IMG/VR virus record: IMGVR_UViG_3300014720_000036
Span: 1-62,450 of that record
Length of the DNA stretch: 62,450 bases
Source of the DNA: a virus
Lineage: Duplodnaviria; Caudoviricetes
Strand: one strand, 5' to 3'
Part shown: piece by piece, positions 1-8,981 of the stretch
Numbering within the stretch: the first letter of the stretch is position 1
How the letters are laid out: every line of letters starts with the position of its first letter
Program-made: the position numbers and the translations under genes
Notes under the pieces: generated by a model
The model's database searches: none
What the model saw: only the letters and a program-made list of their open reading frames with translations
Told to the model about the DNA's origin: nothing

Positions 1-1323
1 AGCAAGGGTCACATGACCTGTGCTACCGACTGAGAAGTAAGTCGAGTTGAACGAGGCGACACCCGTGAGGGTAGCCGAAGCGTTCCTTACTGTGATACAA
101 GAGTTGTCAGATCCCCTAACCGCACCACCACATCCTGTGAGAGATACCGATCCCGTCAGTCCGTTGAACCCTGTCACACCGATGTTGAAGATCGTCTTGT
201 TCGCCGAGATGGCGATGCCATGTCCTGCTTGGACGCTGTCACCCGTGGCTTGGTAGGCAGATGCAAGGCTCACCGCACCCGAGGAAACGCTGAAGTAGGA
301 AGGGAGGAACGAGGCGACACCGAGGGTCGATGTCGTTGCTGTGGTTCCTTGTACTGCGAATGTGTCCGTTTCCGTTTTGCGAACCGAGATGCCAGGCCCA
401 CCCGTAAGATTCAGGGTATTGCCTAGAGAAATCGTATCCGACCCCTGCACCGAGTCACGGAATGTGAATGAGGAATTTGCGAGTTGTGAGTTACCAATAC
501 CCCCACTCTTGACGGTCACATGTCCCGTTGCGCTGACATCGAAATCTCCCGAGTCAAATGATGCAACACCTGAGATGCCCGTGCTTGAGAACCGTGCGGC
601 GATAGCAACGCCATCTCCACGAAGGGAACCACCATCTCCCGTGACTACCGTTGCTGAAGCAAGAACAAAGTTGCCGTTCCCATCGGGGGATGTACTGTTG
701 ATAGTGATGACACCCTTACTACTCACATGACCCGTACTGCTTACGGTGAAGTGATCGGAAAGAAAGGATGCCACGCCCGAACGAGCAGTACTCGCCGTGA
801 TTCCCGTGAAGGAGAATGTGTTGGAGACGGCGTTGGACTTGTGTACCTCTACGCCGTTTCCTCCCGTGAGGGTGAAGGTGCTTTCCCATTTCGGGCTACT
901 GATGTTCCCGAACGCATCACGGAATACGACAGGAGTCGCACTTGATGTGGATATCGAAACCTCTCCCGTGGGGGAAACCGAGAAGTCGTTGCTGTAGAAA
1001 CTCGCCACTCCCGTCAGCGATGTCGATGCGATCCTGTTGCTGATCACGAAAGTGGTCGTTTCTTCTCCTGGTGCGGGAGCCCCACTAGGAACCACTTGCA
1101 TCGATGCGGAGTCGCCCGTGATGACTATGTTCTGCGACTGTCCATTCACCGAGAAGACGGTGGACAGTTCGTCTCTAAAGGTAATCCTGTCCGAGGTTCC
1201 GCCCGTTCCACCGACGAAGAACTTGCGGTCGGCGATGTTGACCGCAAGTTCTCCCGAAGTCAGGGAAGGAGTCGCACTCGCAGTCTCCGACCTGTGGATT
1301 CTGATGATTTCTTGTTTTGCCAT
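1..1323 (-). CDS. Tail fibre / receptor-binding-type protein (partial, runs off the window; absent from the ORF track)
   Basis: Open frame read by hand from ATG at 1323: MAKQEIIRIHRSETASATPSLTSGELAVNIADRKFFVG. This N-terminus resembles Mtd/hyaluronidase-type fibre anchors. G/S/T-rich, with at least 5 copies of GVASFxxxxFxVSxTGHV. Confidence 0.8.
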   Translation of the reverse strand, partial: MAKQEIIRIHRSETASATPSLTSGELAVNIADRKFFVGGTGGTSDRITFRDELSTVFSVNGQSQNIVITGDSASMQVVPSGAPAPGEETTTFVISNRIASTSLTGVASFYSNDFSVSPTGEVSISTSSATPVVFRDAFGNISSPKWESTFTLTGGNGVEVHKSNAVSNTFSFTGITASTARSGVASFLSDHFTVSSTGHVSSKGVITINSTSPDGNGNFVLASATVVTGDGGSLRGDGVAIAARFSSTGISGVASFDSGDFDVSATGHVTVKSGGIGNSQLANSSFTFRDSVQGSDTISLGNTLNLTGGPGISVRKTETDTFAVQGTTATTSTLGVASFLPSYFSVSSGAVSLASAYQATGDSVQAGHGIAISANKTIFNIGVTGFNGLTGSVSLTGCGGAVRGSDNSCITVRNASATLTGVASFNSTYFSVGSTGHVTLA

Positions 1324-1341
1324 AATCATCTCTAGCGTTCG

Positions 1342-2844
1342 CTAGAATGTCCCCCCGAATACACTAGTTATGGACACATGACCCGTGACGGATACTAAAA
1401 AGTTCCTAGAGTCAAAGGAGGCGACCCCTGTCACACCCGTCGTGGCGATTGGAATCGGGCAGCAAGCCGCTGCCGTATCCTGAGTCGTGCCATCGGGAAA
1501 CTCCAAATACGACCCCGCCACGGTCGTGCCGAACTTGATCGATCCAGGTGCCTCAAACGAGGAGTCGGTCAAATAATTATACCTAAGTGAATTGTCTCCA
1601 CCGAGGTCCGAGCCGTCACCATCGAATGGAATGGTTTGATCCGTGAACGCAATTGCACCCGTGCTTGCCTTCGCCGTGGCGGGAGGCTTGACATATAGAC
1701 GGAATGTCTTGTTGTCTGCACCCGTCATCGTGAGGGTGATGTTGCCGCCGACCGTGAGACCTAGCGCACCCGTGATGCCGTTGATGCCCGAGACATAGTC
1801 AGAAGGAATCGCACCTGTTGCGCCCCGTTCGCCTGTTGCACCTGTTGCACCTGTTGCACCCGTCGAACCTGTGGCACCCGTGGCTCCATCTCCACTACCT
1901 CCACCGCCTGAACTGCTGATCGTGATGGAGTTGCTGTCGGGATCGGTGGTCAATGTGACATTCGACCCTGCTATGAAAGTCAGGGTTTCCTTGTCATACT
2001 GAACAGCAGTCAGCCCCGACTGACCCGACACGGAGATGAACTTGAACGCCTCGCCAAGACCACCGCCACCGTCATAGAGGATCGGTGTCGTTGGCTTGAT
2101 CTTGGACAGGTCGATGCTGAGATGCTTGCGGACGGAATCCAACTTGAGGGGATACTGCACCGATAGGAGACCCGAGTCTCCCGTGCTTCCTCGCTCACCC
2201 TGCTCTCCACGGGGACCTACAAGCCCAATCGGTCCTGCAACTCCTTGAATGCCTTGAGAGCCTCGCTCTCCCTGATCGCCTTGCTCTCCCTGATCGCCTT
2301 GCTCTCCACGGGGACCTTGAGGACCTTCGGCTCCTTGTTGACCTTGCGGTCCTTGGATCCCTTGCGGACCTTGTTCCCCTCGTTCGCCTCTCTCTCCTCG
2401 CTCTCCAACAGGTCCCTGCGGACCCTCGGGTCCCTGCGCCCCGAGATCTCCCCTCTCACCCGTCTCTCCCTTTTCCCCTGCAAGTCCTTGAACTCCTCTT
2501 TCGCCTTGGACTCCTTGGGGACCCGTGGCTCCCTCTTGACCTTGCGGACCTTGGGGACCTTGCTTTCCATTTTCACCTCGCTCACCTCGGAGTCCGTGGA
2601 GACCCTGTAGACCTCTTTCCCCACGGTCACCTCGTTCCCCTTTCTCACCTCGGGCACCTCGGTCTCCCCTGTCGCCCTTGTCGCCCTTCGGACCACGGGG
2701 ACCACGGATACCTGGAACGCCATCCTCTCCCTTGTCGGATGGGGACGGCGGTGACGGGACAACAGGCTCCTCGTTGATCGGGGCCTTCTTCTGAGGATCG
2801 TCATCCTCTCGGTAGTCTTTGATGTAGCGAAAGCGACCCGACAT
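1342..2844 (-). CDS. Collagen-like tail/head fibre protein
   Basis: About 60 contiguous G-X-Y triplets, a GAT repeat tract and a C-terminal GVASFDSRNFLVSVTGHV motif. Late promoter just upstream. Confidence 0.85.
   Translation of the reverse strand: MSGRFRYIKDYREDDDPQKKAPINEEPVVPSPPSPSDKGEDGVPGIRGPRGPKGDKGDRGDRGARGEKGERGDRGERGLQGLHGLRGERGENGKQGPQGPQGQEGATGPQGVQGERGVQGLAGEKGETGERGDLGAQGPEGPQGPVGERGERGERGEQGPQGIQGPQGQQGAEGPQGPRGEQGDQGEQGDQGERGSQGIQGVAGPIGLVGPRGEQGERGSTGDSGLLSVQYPLKLDSVRKHLSIDLSKIKPTTPILYDGGGGLGEAFKFISVSGQSGLTAVQYDKETLTFIAGSNVTLTTDPDSNSITISSSGGGGSGDGATGATGSTGATGATGATGERGATGAIPSDYVSGINGITGALGLTVGGNITLTMTGADNKTFRLYVKPPATAKASTGAIAFTDQTIPFDGDGSDLGGDNSLRYNYLTDSSFEAPGSIKFGTTVAGSYLEFPDGTTQDTAAACCPIPIATTGVTGVASFDSRNFLVSVTGHVSITSVFGGTF
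2170..2730 (-). repeat. Collagen G-X-Y coding repeat
   Basis: 9-nt periodicity, e.g. ctctccctgatcgccttg tandem copies near 2266-2302. Confidence 0.85.
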
Positions 2845-2853
2845 CCGTTTGGA

Positions 2854-2860
2854 TATTTAG
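2854..2860 (-). promoter_or_regulatory. T4-type late promoter CTAAATA
   Basis: About 10 nt upstream of the collagen gene ATG; the motif recurs before many genes. Confidence 0.6.
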
Positions 2861-3579
2861 GGCAAGGTCAGGGCGTTCCATGAGACGGGGAACAAAGGAG
2901 AAACGATCCGATTGATCGCATCTGCGTACTGTTGAACCTCCCATTGGGCATGGGAATCAGACCGCTGCGAGTAGACCCGTGCGTAGGCTGATAGGGATCC
3001 CGTCCACCACCATTCGGTGTAGGTGCCTTGTGGTAGAACGAACCTCGCCTGTTCGGGGGCGATGCCGATGCTGAGAAGGGATTTGTATGTTTCCAACGCC
3101 TGTTTCGTGGCGGCTGCATAGCCTTCATCCGAAAGCGTCCGCTTCTCGTCATCCCCCGAAACGAAGTCAGACGATCCCTGCTTTGCTCCGTTCGTGGGAG
3201 CCGTCCGCCACATCGGGTCGTAGACCTCGGGATCGTCATCGACATACCGACGAGACACTTCGTTCTCCACGAAGCCCACCTTATGCTTGAAGAGTTGGGT
3301 GCGGATGGAGATCGGTGCCTTGATCCGAAGGGTGATCTGCGGATGGGCGAACGGTGTCCAATGCCTGTGCTTGGCGAGGTAGTGGATCAGTTTGCGGTCA
3401 CCCTCAAGAAGCGATTGCTCCAAGACAACGCCCCGCCAATCACGCTCGTAGTCCCACTCGCTCTCCTTGGCGAACGAAACTCGGGCTGCGTTCACGACAG
3501 TCAGGTCATCCCCCATGTGCATGACATACTCCACGAATCCCTTGTCGAGGACAGGGATTGTCTCGGGATGTTTGTCCAT
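2857..3579 (-). CDS. thyX: FAD-dependent thymidylate synthase ThyX
   Basis: VVNAARVSF, HWTPFAH, RTQLFKHK..NEVSRRY, EQARFVLPQ and HAQWEV motifs. Confidence 0.95.
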   Translation of the reverse strand: MDKHPETIPVLDKGFVEYVMHMGDDLTVVNAARVSFAKESEWDYERDWRGVVLEQSLLEGDRKLIHYLAKHRHWTPFAHPQITLRIKAPISIRTQLFKHKVGFVENEVSRRYVDDDPEVYDPMWRTAPTNGAKQGSSDFVSGDDEKRTLSDEGYAAATKQALETYKSLLSIGIAPEQARFVLPQGTYTEWWWTGSLSAYARVYSQRSDSHAQWEVQQYADAINRIVSPLFPVSWNALTLP

Positions 3580-3585
3580 GTTGTA

Positions 3586-3948
3586 TCACTCCTCTTCGTT
3601 GGAGGTGGGGAGATCGTCCATGTCACCAATGTCGAGGTCGAGTTCCTCGTCGCCGTCCTCGCCAACGGTCGTGTCATCGACCTCGGAGGCGGCTAGCGGG
3701 ACATCGCCGCCGACAGCGTCGTTCCTCAACTCGGATCGAAGGGAGTCGATCCGTTCACCGACTTTGCCGTAGAGTGCGGCGTAGATGGCGTTCTTGGCAT
3801 CGCTTGCCTCGCCACCGAGAACATTGTCGATGATGTCGGCTGTGGGATTCGTGCCCGAATCCTCCCAGAACTCGGGGTAGTCCGTGGGATCGTCGCTCTG
3901 TGTCCACTCGGTCTCGTCGAAGTCTTCGGGGGTTTCATCGGGGCTCAT
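3586..3948 (-). CDS. Acidic hypothetical protein, possibly prohead core (gp67-like)
   Basis: Very acidic with a central helix IIDNVLGGEASDAKNAIYAALYGKVGERIDSLR. ATAGATA at 3967-3973 and a ribosome binding site upstream. Confidence 0.5.
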   Translation of the reverse strand: MSPDETPEDFDETEWTQSDDPTDYPEFWEDSGTNPTADIIDNVLGGEASDAKNAIYAALYGKVGERIDSLRSELRNDAVGGDVPLAASEVDDTTVGEDGDEELDLDIGDMDDLPTSNEEE

Positions 3949-3965
3949 GGTGCAGTCCTCCGCTG

Positions 3966-4994
3966 CTATCTATGCCACTTCTTGATCGCAACATGGGCTG
4001 CGATGCCACGGTGGGAATTTCTTGCGATCTCCGCCTCGACCATCGATCTCGTCAGCCCCGAGAGGATCATGTCGTTGATGTCCTTGAAGCCCGCCACCCT
4101 ATCGCTCCACACGCAGATGGCGTGTGGGCTCTCTGCGATCCTGTCCATGGCATCCACGACCTGACGGTTCCTCGGCTCGTTGTCGAGCGCATATCGGAGT
4201 TCCGAGTCCTTGAGTTTCTCGGGGATGTTGAGGGCGTTCGACAGACCGATCATGGCGACTGCGTTGTCGAGGAACAGGCTGTCGATGGGACCCTCCACGA
4301 CCGTCACGGACTTTCTCGGATCGACCCTGTCTAGCCCATACCACATCTTGTCGGAGTCCTTGTCAGCCTTGACGGTGATGTACCTGATGCCACCCTTGGC
4401 GAGGAGCCGACCCTGCGCACCGACCAATCTCCCATCCCCGTCGATGATGGGTATCACGACCCTCGCCTCGGAGGGGATCCTCACCTCGGAATCGATTCCC
4501 TTCGCCCATTCCGAGTAGTCATCGGTGTAGTACAGGCGGCACAGGGCATCGCTCGGGATGCGTCTCTTCCGAGCCCATGCCACCGCCTCATGGCTGTCGG
4601 ACATATCGCAGAGCCTAGGTATCTGCCTGAGGAGGCTGTCCTCGCCCGTGCGGGTGTGCGGGTGTGCGGGTCCGTGCGTGAGCGTGGGTGCGCCCGTGCG
4701 CCCGTGCGAGGGTCCCATCTCCTTCAAGACCTCAAAGGTGTACTGCCTGTGGAGGTTGCCATCGAAGCCCTTGAGGAACCAGCCGAGGCTCGCTCCGTAG
4801 TCGCAGTTGTGGCACTTGACCGAGAACGAGCCCTTCTTCTCGTAGAAGTAGAAGCGACAGATGTTGGCGTTCTTCTTACTGTCACCGCAGATCGGGCACC
4901 TGCACACGGCGAGGTGGTTTGCCTTCTTCCATGCGAAGCGGTCCAACTTGGGGGACAGCATGTTGATGTACTTGGTGTCGAGGAACAGGGGCAT
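3966..4994 (-). CDS. gp61: DNA primase (T4 gp61-like)
   Basis: Zn finger RCPICGDS..KCHNC; TOPRIM motifs VEGPIDSLF, DNEPRN and KDINDM. Confidence 0.95.
   Translation of the reverse strand: MPLFLDTKYINMLSPKLDRFAWKKANHLAVCRCPICGDSKKNANICRFYFYEKKGSFSVKCHNCDYGASLGWFLKGFDGNLHRQYTFEVLKEMGPSHGRTGAPTLTHGPAHPHTRTGEDSLLRQIPRLCDMSDSHEAVAWARKRRIPSDALCRLYYTDDYSEWAKGIDSEVRIPSEARVVIPIIDGDGRLVGAQGRLLAKGGIRYITVKADKDSDKMWYGLDRVDPRKSVTVVEGPIDSLFLDNAVAMIGLSNALNIPEKLKDSELRYALDNEPRNRQVVDAMDRIAESPHAICVWSDRVAGFKDINDMILSGLTRSMVEAEIARNSHRGIAAHVAIKKWHR
4643..4710 (+). repeat. Dispersed TGCGCCCGTG-family repeat cluster (inside primase linker)
   Basis: cgcccgtgcgggtgtgcgggtgtgcggg...cgtgggtgcgcccgtgcgcccgtgcg. Confidence 0.75.
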
Positions 4995-5122
4995 AGTTAT
5001 GAGACCAAACCATAAGTTTATGACAACTAAGCCTCACGGAGACTTGTTGAATACAATCTTATGAGATTCTACTTTCTATAACTTTTTGGGCTAAATGTCC
5101 GCATACATAGCGGTTTGACCCA

Positions 5123-5791
5123 TCAGACGGCAGGTGGATTCCGCCGCCGAAACTTGCGCTTGGACAACAGACCACGCCGACCTGGAGGCTCCTGCCCAGG
5201 TGACACACCTGCGATGTTGCCATGTCCGACCGCATTGACGGGAGCGTCCTCTTGGACATCGTGGATCGTGAAGACCATGCTCCCGACCTTGTAGATCGGG
5301 AATCCGAAAAACTCGTTCGTAGGCAGGAGTTGGCTGTCGAGGGAGACCCTTCGACCACGAATCAGGTATGACCCTGCTTCGATTGCCACGGGCTGCGTTT
5401 CCTCGTTCATCGTCCAATGCAGCAGACCTTTTCGGTCTAGTTGCTCGGAAACGATCCTTTCGATCAAATTGGAATCGGCTCCCTCACCCTCGCAGTACTC
5501 CTTGAGGAGGATCGTCCTCACGGCGAACTCGCTGCGATTGGCGAGGTTGATGCCCTTGCCGAGGAGGCAGGGCGAGTTCACCTCAATGAGCCTCTTGATG
5601 TTCCATGCAAGAGTATAGAACAGCGAGGGGTATGCTCTCTTTTCCTCCGCCGTCTTGAGGCTCGCCCGAGGCTTGAGGATCTTGCCGTCCGCATTGATGA
5701 TGCCCAACTTGTAGGCTTCCATCTGATTCCATGGGGTGGCGATGATCTGTGCGAACTTGTAAGAGATCAGCAGGTCTACGACGGATGCCAT
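5123..5791 (-). CDS. Conserved hypothetical protein of aquatic T4-like phages
   Basis: N-terminus DLLISYKF..IATPW..EAYKLGIINADGK and C-terminal EDAPVNAVG motif resemble cyanophage-type core hypotheticals. Confidence 0.75.
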   Translation of the reverse strand: MASVVDLLISYKFAQIIATPWNQMEAYKLGIINADGKILKPRASLKTAEEKRAYPSLFYTLAWNIKRLIEVNSPCLLGKGINLANRSEFAVRTILLKEYCEGEGADSNLIERIVSEQLDRKGLLHWTMNEETQPVAIEAGSYLIRGRRVSLDSQLLPTNEFFGFPIYKVGSMVFTIHDVQEDAPVNAVGHGNIAGVSPGQEPPGRRGLLSKRKFRRRNPPAV

Positions 5792-6177
5792 TAGATTCCC
5801 CTCAGCCTTTCGATGATTTCCGTGTCCATGACTATGGGTACGACATCGACCTCAAGCCTGAACTTGGGCTGTCCCTCGGGCAGATATCCGAGGAAGACGA
5901 GGAAGGTCTTGAGTATGTAGTGGAGGTCAGGATCCGTGCGATGGAACAGGAGACGGCATCCCGCCTCGACCCCGAACACATTGCAGAACACGATCATGTG
6001 GTTGAGGATCAATCGCTCCCGCAGGACACCCGACTTCCTGTAACGCCTGAACAGGCGTTTCAGATAGACGAGCCTCGCCATGTCATCCTCAAACTCCGCC
6101 ACCCCCGTGCAATGGGGATTGTCGTAGTGCTTCATGGCGAAACGGATGTAGTTGGCTTCCGTCAGCGGTTCATACAT
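5791..6177 (-). CDS. Conserved hypothetical protein of aquatic T4-like phages
   Basis: FAMKHYDNPHC..EFEDDM..YLKRLFRRY..LRERLILNH motif. Confidence 0.85.
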   Translation of the reverse strand: MYEPLTEANYIRFAMKHYDNPHCTGVAEFEDDMARLVYLKRLFRRYRKSGVLRERLILNHMIVFCNVFGVEAGCRLLFHRTDPDLHYILKTFLVFLGYLPEGQPKFRLEVDVVPIVMDTEIIERLRGI

Positions 6178-6195
6178 CCCATGCTCATGGGTTCA

Positions 6196-6687
6196 TCATT
6201 CCGATGGGACGATCATGGCTTGCACTTGGATGAGACCATTGGTGAGCCTTTGGGTCTCGACCTGCATCACCAATCCATGCCCGAGAACAGGAGTGATGCC
6301 GTCATCCATGGTGTAGCCGTAGGTGGATCCGTCCGACCTGAGGGTGCCGCCGAAGCGGGTCAGGGGGAAGGTGGCGTTGGTCTCGGATTCCTCGACCGTG
6401 GTGCAGAAGGTCTTGGGAATCTGAAAGTCGAGCCCAATCATCTGAAGGCGACCTTGCGCTTGCTTGAGAGCCTCCATCGGATTGATGTACGGCTTCGCAC
6501 CGAGCGCACCGAGATAGGTGTTGATCCGAGCGATGGACTGCCTCGACAGGTCAGAGAGGTTCTGACCGAAGTCGAGCGAGTTGTCGCTATCCTGAGGACC
6601 GACACGACCCCTCGTACCGATGGCATCGAACGCCGAGTTCCCGTGGCTTTCCGTGATGGTCTTGCGGAGTTGCTTGAACGACTTCAT
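6196..6687 (-). CDS. Putative internal head protein
   Basis: Leader MKSFKQLRKTITE resembles the T4 capsid-targeting sequence; AGGAG ribosome binding site. Confidence 0.65.
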   Translation of the reverse strand: MKSFKQLRKTITESHGNSAFDAIGTRGRVGPQDSDNSLDFGQNLSDLSRQSIARINTYLGALGAKPYINPMEALKQAQGRLQMIGLDFQIPKTFCTTVEESETNATFPLTRFGGTLRSDGSTYGYTMDDGITPVLGHGLVMQVETQRLTNGLIQVQAMIVPSE

Positions 6688-6697
6688 GGTTCTCCTA

Positions 6698-7468
6698 TCA
6701 GACGAACGACACCTTGAAGGTGGTGTCGGCGGTCAGACTGCCCGAGCCCGCATCGGTCACACGGAGGGTGACGGTGCGACCTGCGGCGGTAGCACCTGCT
6801 TTGTTGACCTTGAAGACAGCGACATTGTTGTTGAACGCCGAGGTGGGACCAAAGAAGGTCTCGTAGACCGTGGTCGGCACATTGTTGGCGACCAATAGGG
6901 CGGCACCTTGGACGATCTGTCCCTGCGCACCGAACGGATCGGTGATCTCGCTGAAGGTCAGGTTATGCGTGAAGTTCACATCGTTGGCGACGATCTTGAT
7001 GTACGCCGTGGCAGAGGCGGGGAAGTTGAGGGTCGAGACACCATAGCCGTTGACGGCATAGTTTCCTGCACCCGTAGTTCCCGAACCCGCCACCGAGGTA
7101 GCGAACGAGAGACCCGTGCCATCCCAACCACCCTCGGTCGGTCCATCGCCGCTGAAGGGGCAGGTGAAGTACGGTCGGTAGTTCGGGACATCCGTGCCGA
7201 AGGTGGCACCACCCGCCGTAATGTCACGGCTAGCGTAGTAGGTGTCCGTCACGCCCGTAGTCGAGGGGTCGAGCGGAAGGGCAACGAGGAGTTCCGTGAA
7301 CGGAACCGAAGCCGTGGTGCCCAACTTGCCGTGGAGTTGTCCGCCAAGCGAGGTTCCGTCGAGCGGAAGTTCCCATCCCTTGATGGTGCGGACACAGTTG
7401 ATCTTCTGTGCGGCGTTCAGCCAAGTGGGCTTGGATTCTTCCCTGTCGAACTCGTTCCAAAGTGCCAT
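6698..7468 (-). CDS. Putative virion structural protein (Ig-like C-terminus)
   Basis: MALW start, G/T/A-rich beta-strand composition, ATAAATA at 7487-7493 and GGAG ribosome binding site. Confidence 0.65.
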   Translation of the reverse strand: MALWNEFDREESKPTWLNAAQKINCVRTIKGWELPLDGTSLGGQLHGKLGTTASVPFTELLVALPLDPSTTGVTDTYYASRDITAGGATFGTDVPNYRPYFTCPFSGDGPTEGGWDGTGLSFATSVAGSGTTGAGNYAVNGYGVSTLNFPASATAYIKIVANDVNFTHNLTFSEITDPFGAQGQIVQGAALLVANNVPTTVYETFFGPTSAFNNNVAVFKVNKAGATAAGRTVTLRVTDAGSGSLTADTTFKVSFV

Positions 7469-7486
7469 CTGTTTCTCCCTTTGTCC

Positions 7487-7493
7487 TATTTAT
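7487..7493 (-). promoter_or_regulatory. T4-type late promoter ATAAATA
   Basis: Intergenic, upstream of the 6698-7468 gene. Confidence 0.65.
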
Positions 7494-7518
7494 GTGATAC
7501 GGCTTCGGTGTTTTGAGA

Positions 7519-8685
7519 TCAGGGCTTGATCTTCGATCCGTGAGCCTTGCCGAAGGACAGCATGTCCTTGGCGGCTGCGAGGTTGTCCTCTGCATCTTCA
7601 CGGCTCAAGCCGCTGTCCTTCAGTTTCTTGGGATCCTTGGAGATCGACTCAAGCCACTTGACGGACGCACGAAGTTCCTTTTCGGTCGGCTGTGCAAAGC
7701 CTTCCTCGACCGCTTCGGTCTTCAACCCGATCACGAACCTCTTCGCTTCTGCCACCGTCTTGAACAACTTTGACCACTTACCCTGACCCGTTGCACCGCC
7801 ATCAGGCGGGTAGACCGTGTAGCCCGTGACCTTCTTGGGATTCTTGTAGTTCTCCCTCTCTTGCCAAATCTCAGCGATCTTCACGCCGTTTCGGTAGCAG
7901 CCGAGGATCTTTTCGTCGGGAAGCCCTTGATACGGAGGAGTCTTCTCCTTGAAGAACTCGACTCCACCCATGCTACTGTCACCGAAGTCCTCGGTCAGCG
8001 CATCGGCGGACTCGAAGGTCAACTTGTAGTTGCCCCGATTGTCCACGGGTGTCTTCCAATAGTCGATCAACGGATGCTTCAGCCTCGACACAAACTGCTT
8101 TGCCGCCTCGAAGCCCTTCGCATCGGAACCAAACACGGCGACAGGAAATCCTCCCATATCGTCGTAGTTCGTGTGCCAAACACCCCAACCTCTCTTGGTT
8201 GCCTCGGGATTCGTGGAGTTCGGGCGTAGGAGGGCGAACATCTTTCCGTTCTTTTGCACGACGAATTCCCCGCCGCCAACCTCCTTGGCGATCACGGCTT
8301 CGGTGAGCGCATCGGCGGACTCGACTTCTTCCTTCCTGTGATATCCCTTCTTGGCGGCAGCGTCCTTCTTCTTCTGGATGTTCTTCAGGAAGGCAGGGGG
8401 AAGATCCTTCTTGCCCTTACCCTCTTCAATGTGCATCTCGACAGCCTTGGTGAATGCGTTGGCTTCCTTAGTGGTGCCACGACATCCGCAGTCGGAGACA
8501 GCCTCGTTGAAGTGGTCTCGCAGGAGAGAGCGACGATCCTCAAGGATCATCTCATCTCCGATCTGTGCAGCAGTCTTCTCAGCCGCCTCGTTGAGGCAAG
8601 GATCGATGTCGATGTCGTTCCTATGTTCCGAGAGGAACTTGGTGATGTCGGCGACGATCTTGGAATCGAAAGGATTGCTGAACAT
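7519..8685 (-). CDS. Modular internal-head-type protein with ESADALTE linkers
   Basis: Start moved to MFSNPF (AGGAG site; CTAAATA at 8708-8714). Two ESADALTE linkers plus TEAVEE separate small modules. Confidence 0.75.
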   Translation of the reverse strand: MFSNPFDSKIVADITKFLSEHRNDIDIDPCLNEAAEKTAAQIGDEMILEDRRSLLRDHFNEAVSDCGCRGTTKEANAFTKAVEMHIEEGKGKKDLPPAFLKNIQKKKDAAAKKGYHRKEEVESADALTEAVIAKEVGGGEFVVQKNGKMFALLRPNSTNPEATKRGWGVWHTNYDDMGGFPVAVFGSDAKGFEAAKQFVSRLKHPLIDYWKTPVDNRGNYKLTFESADALTEDFGDSSMGGVEFFKEKTPPYQGLPDEKILGCYRNGVKIAEIWQERENYKNPKKVTGYTVYPPDGGATGQGKWSKLFKTVAEAKRFVIGLKTEAVEEGFAQPTEKELRASVKWLESISKDPKKLKDSGLSREDAEDNLAAAKDMLSFGKAHGSKIKP

Positions 8686-8707
8686 GCTGTCTCCTAGTGA
8701 TACTCGG

Positions 8708-8714
8708 TATTTAG
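8708..8714 (-). promoter_or_regulatory. T4-type late promoter CTAAATA
   Basis: Intergenic, upstream of the ribosome binding site and ATG at 8685. Confidence 0.65.
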
Positions 8715-8717
8715 CGA

Positions 8718-8978
8718 TCAGCCGCCCTTGGCTTTCTTCCACAGGTCGGCATCAGCCGTCTTTCGGGTCTTGCCGCCCACGATGAACGAGTTCACCCGTG
8801 CGAAAGCCCATTGGTGGGAGGTTGCACCTGGTCGGTGACCGCCCTTCCATGCCGCCATGCCCCTGTCATAGACCTTCTTGAGGATTCCATATGGAATGCC
8901 GCTTTTCTTCGCCTTCTTCTCCAAGGCGGTGATGCGAGCCTCCATGATGTTCTTCTTCAGTCCCCCAAAATCCTTCAT
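8718..8978 (-). CDS. Small basic protein, DUF5824-like
   Basis: SGIPYGILKKVYDRGMAAWKGGHRPGATSHQWAFARVNSF motif; leader MKDF..IME. Confidence 0.75.
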   Translation of the reverse strand: MKDFGGLKKNIMEARITALEKKAKKSGIPYGILKKVYDRGMAAWKGGHRPGATSHQWAFARVNSFIVGGKTRKTADADLWKKAKGG

Positions 8979-8981
8979 CGG

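Noticed and set aside
1-1323. Diversity-generating retroelement suggested by the Mtd-like N-terminus
   Set aside because: No reverse transcriptase and no template/variable repeat pair with adenine-specific mismatches is visible in the window.
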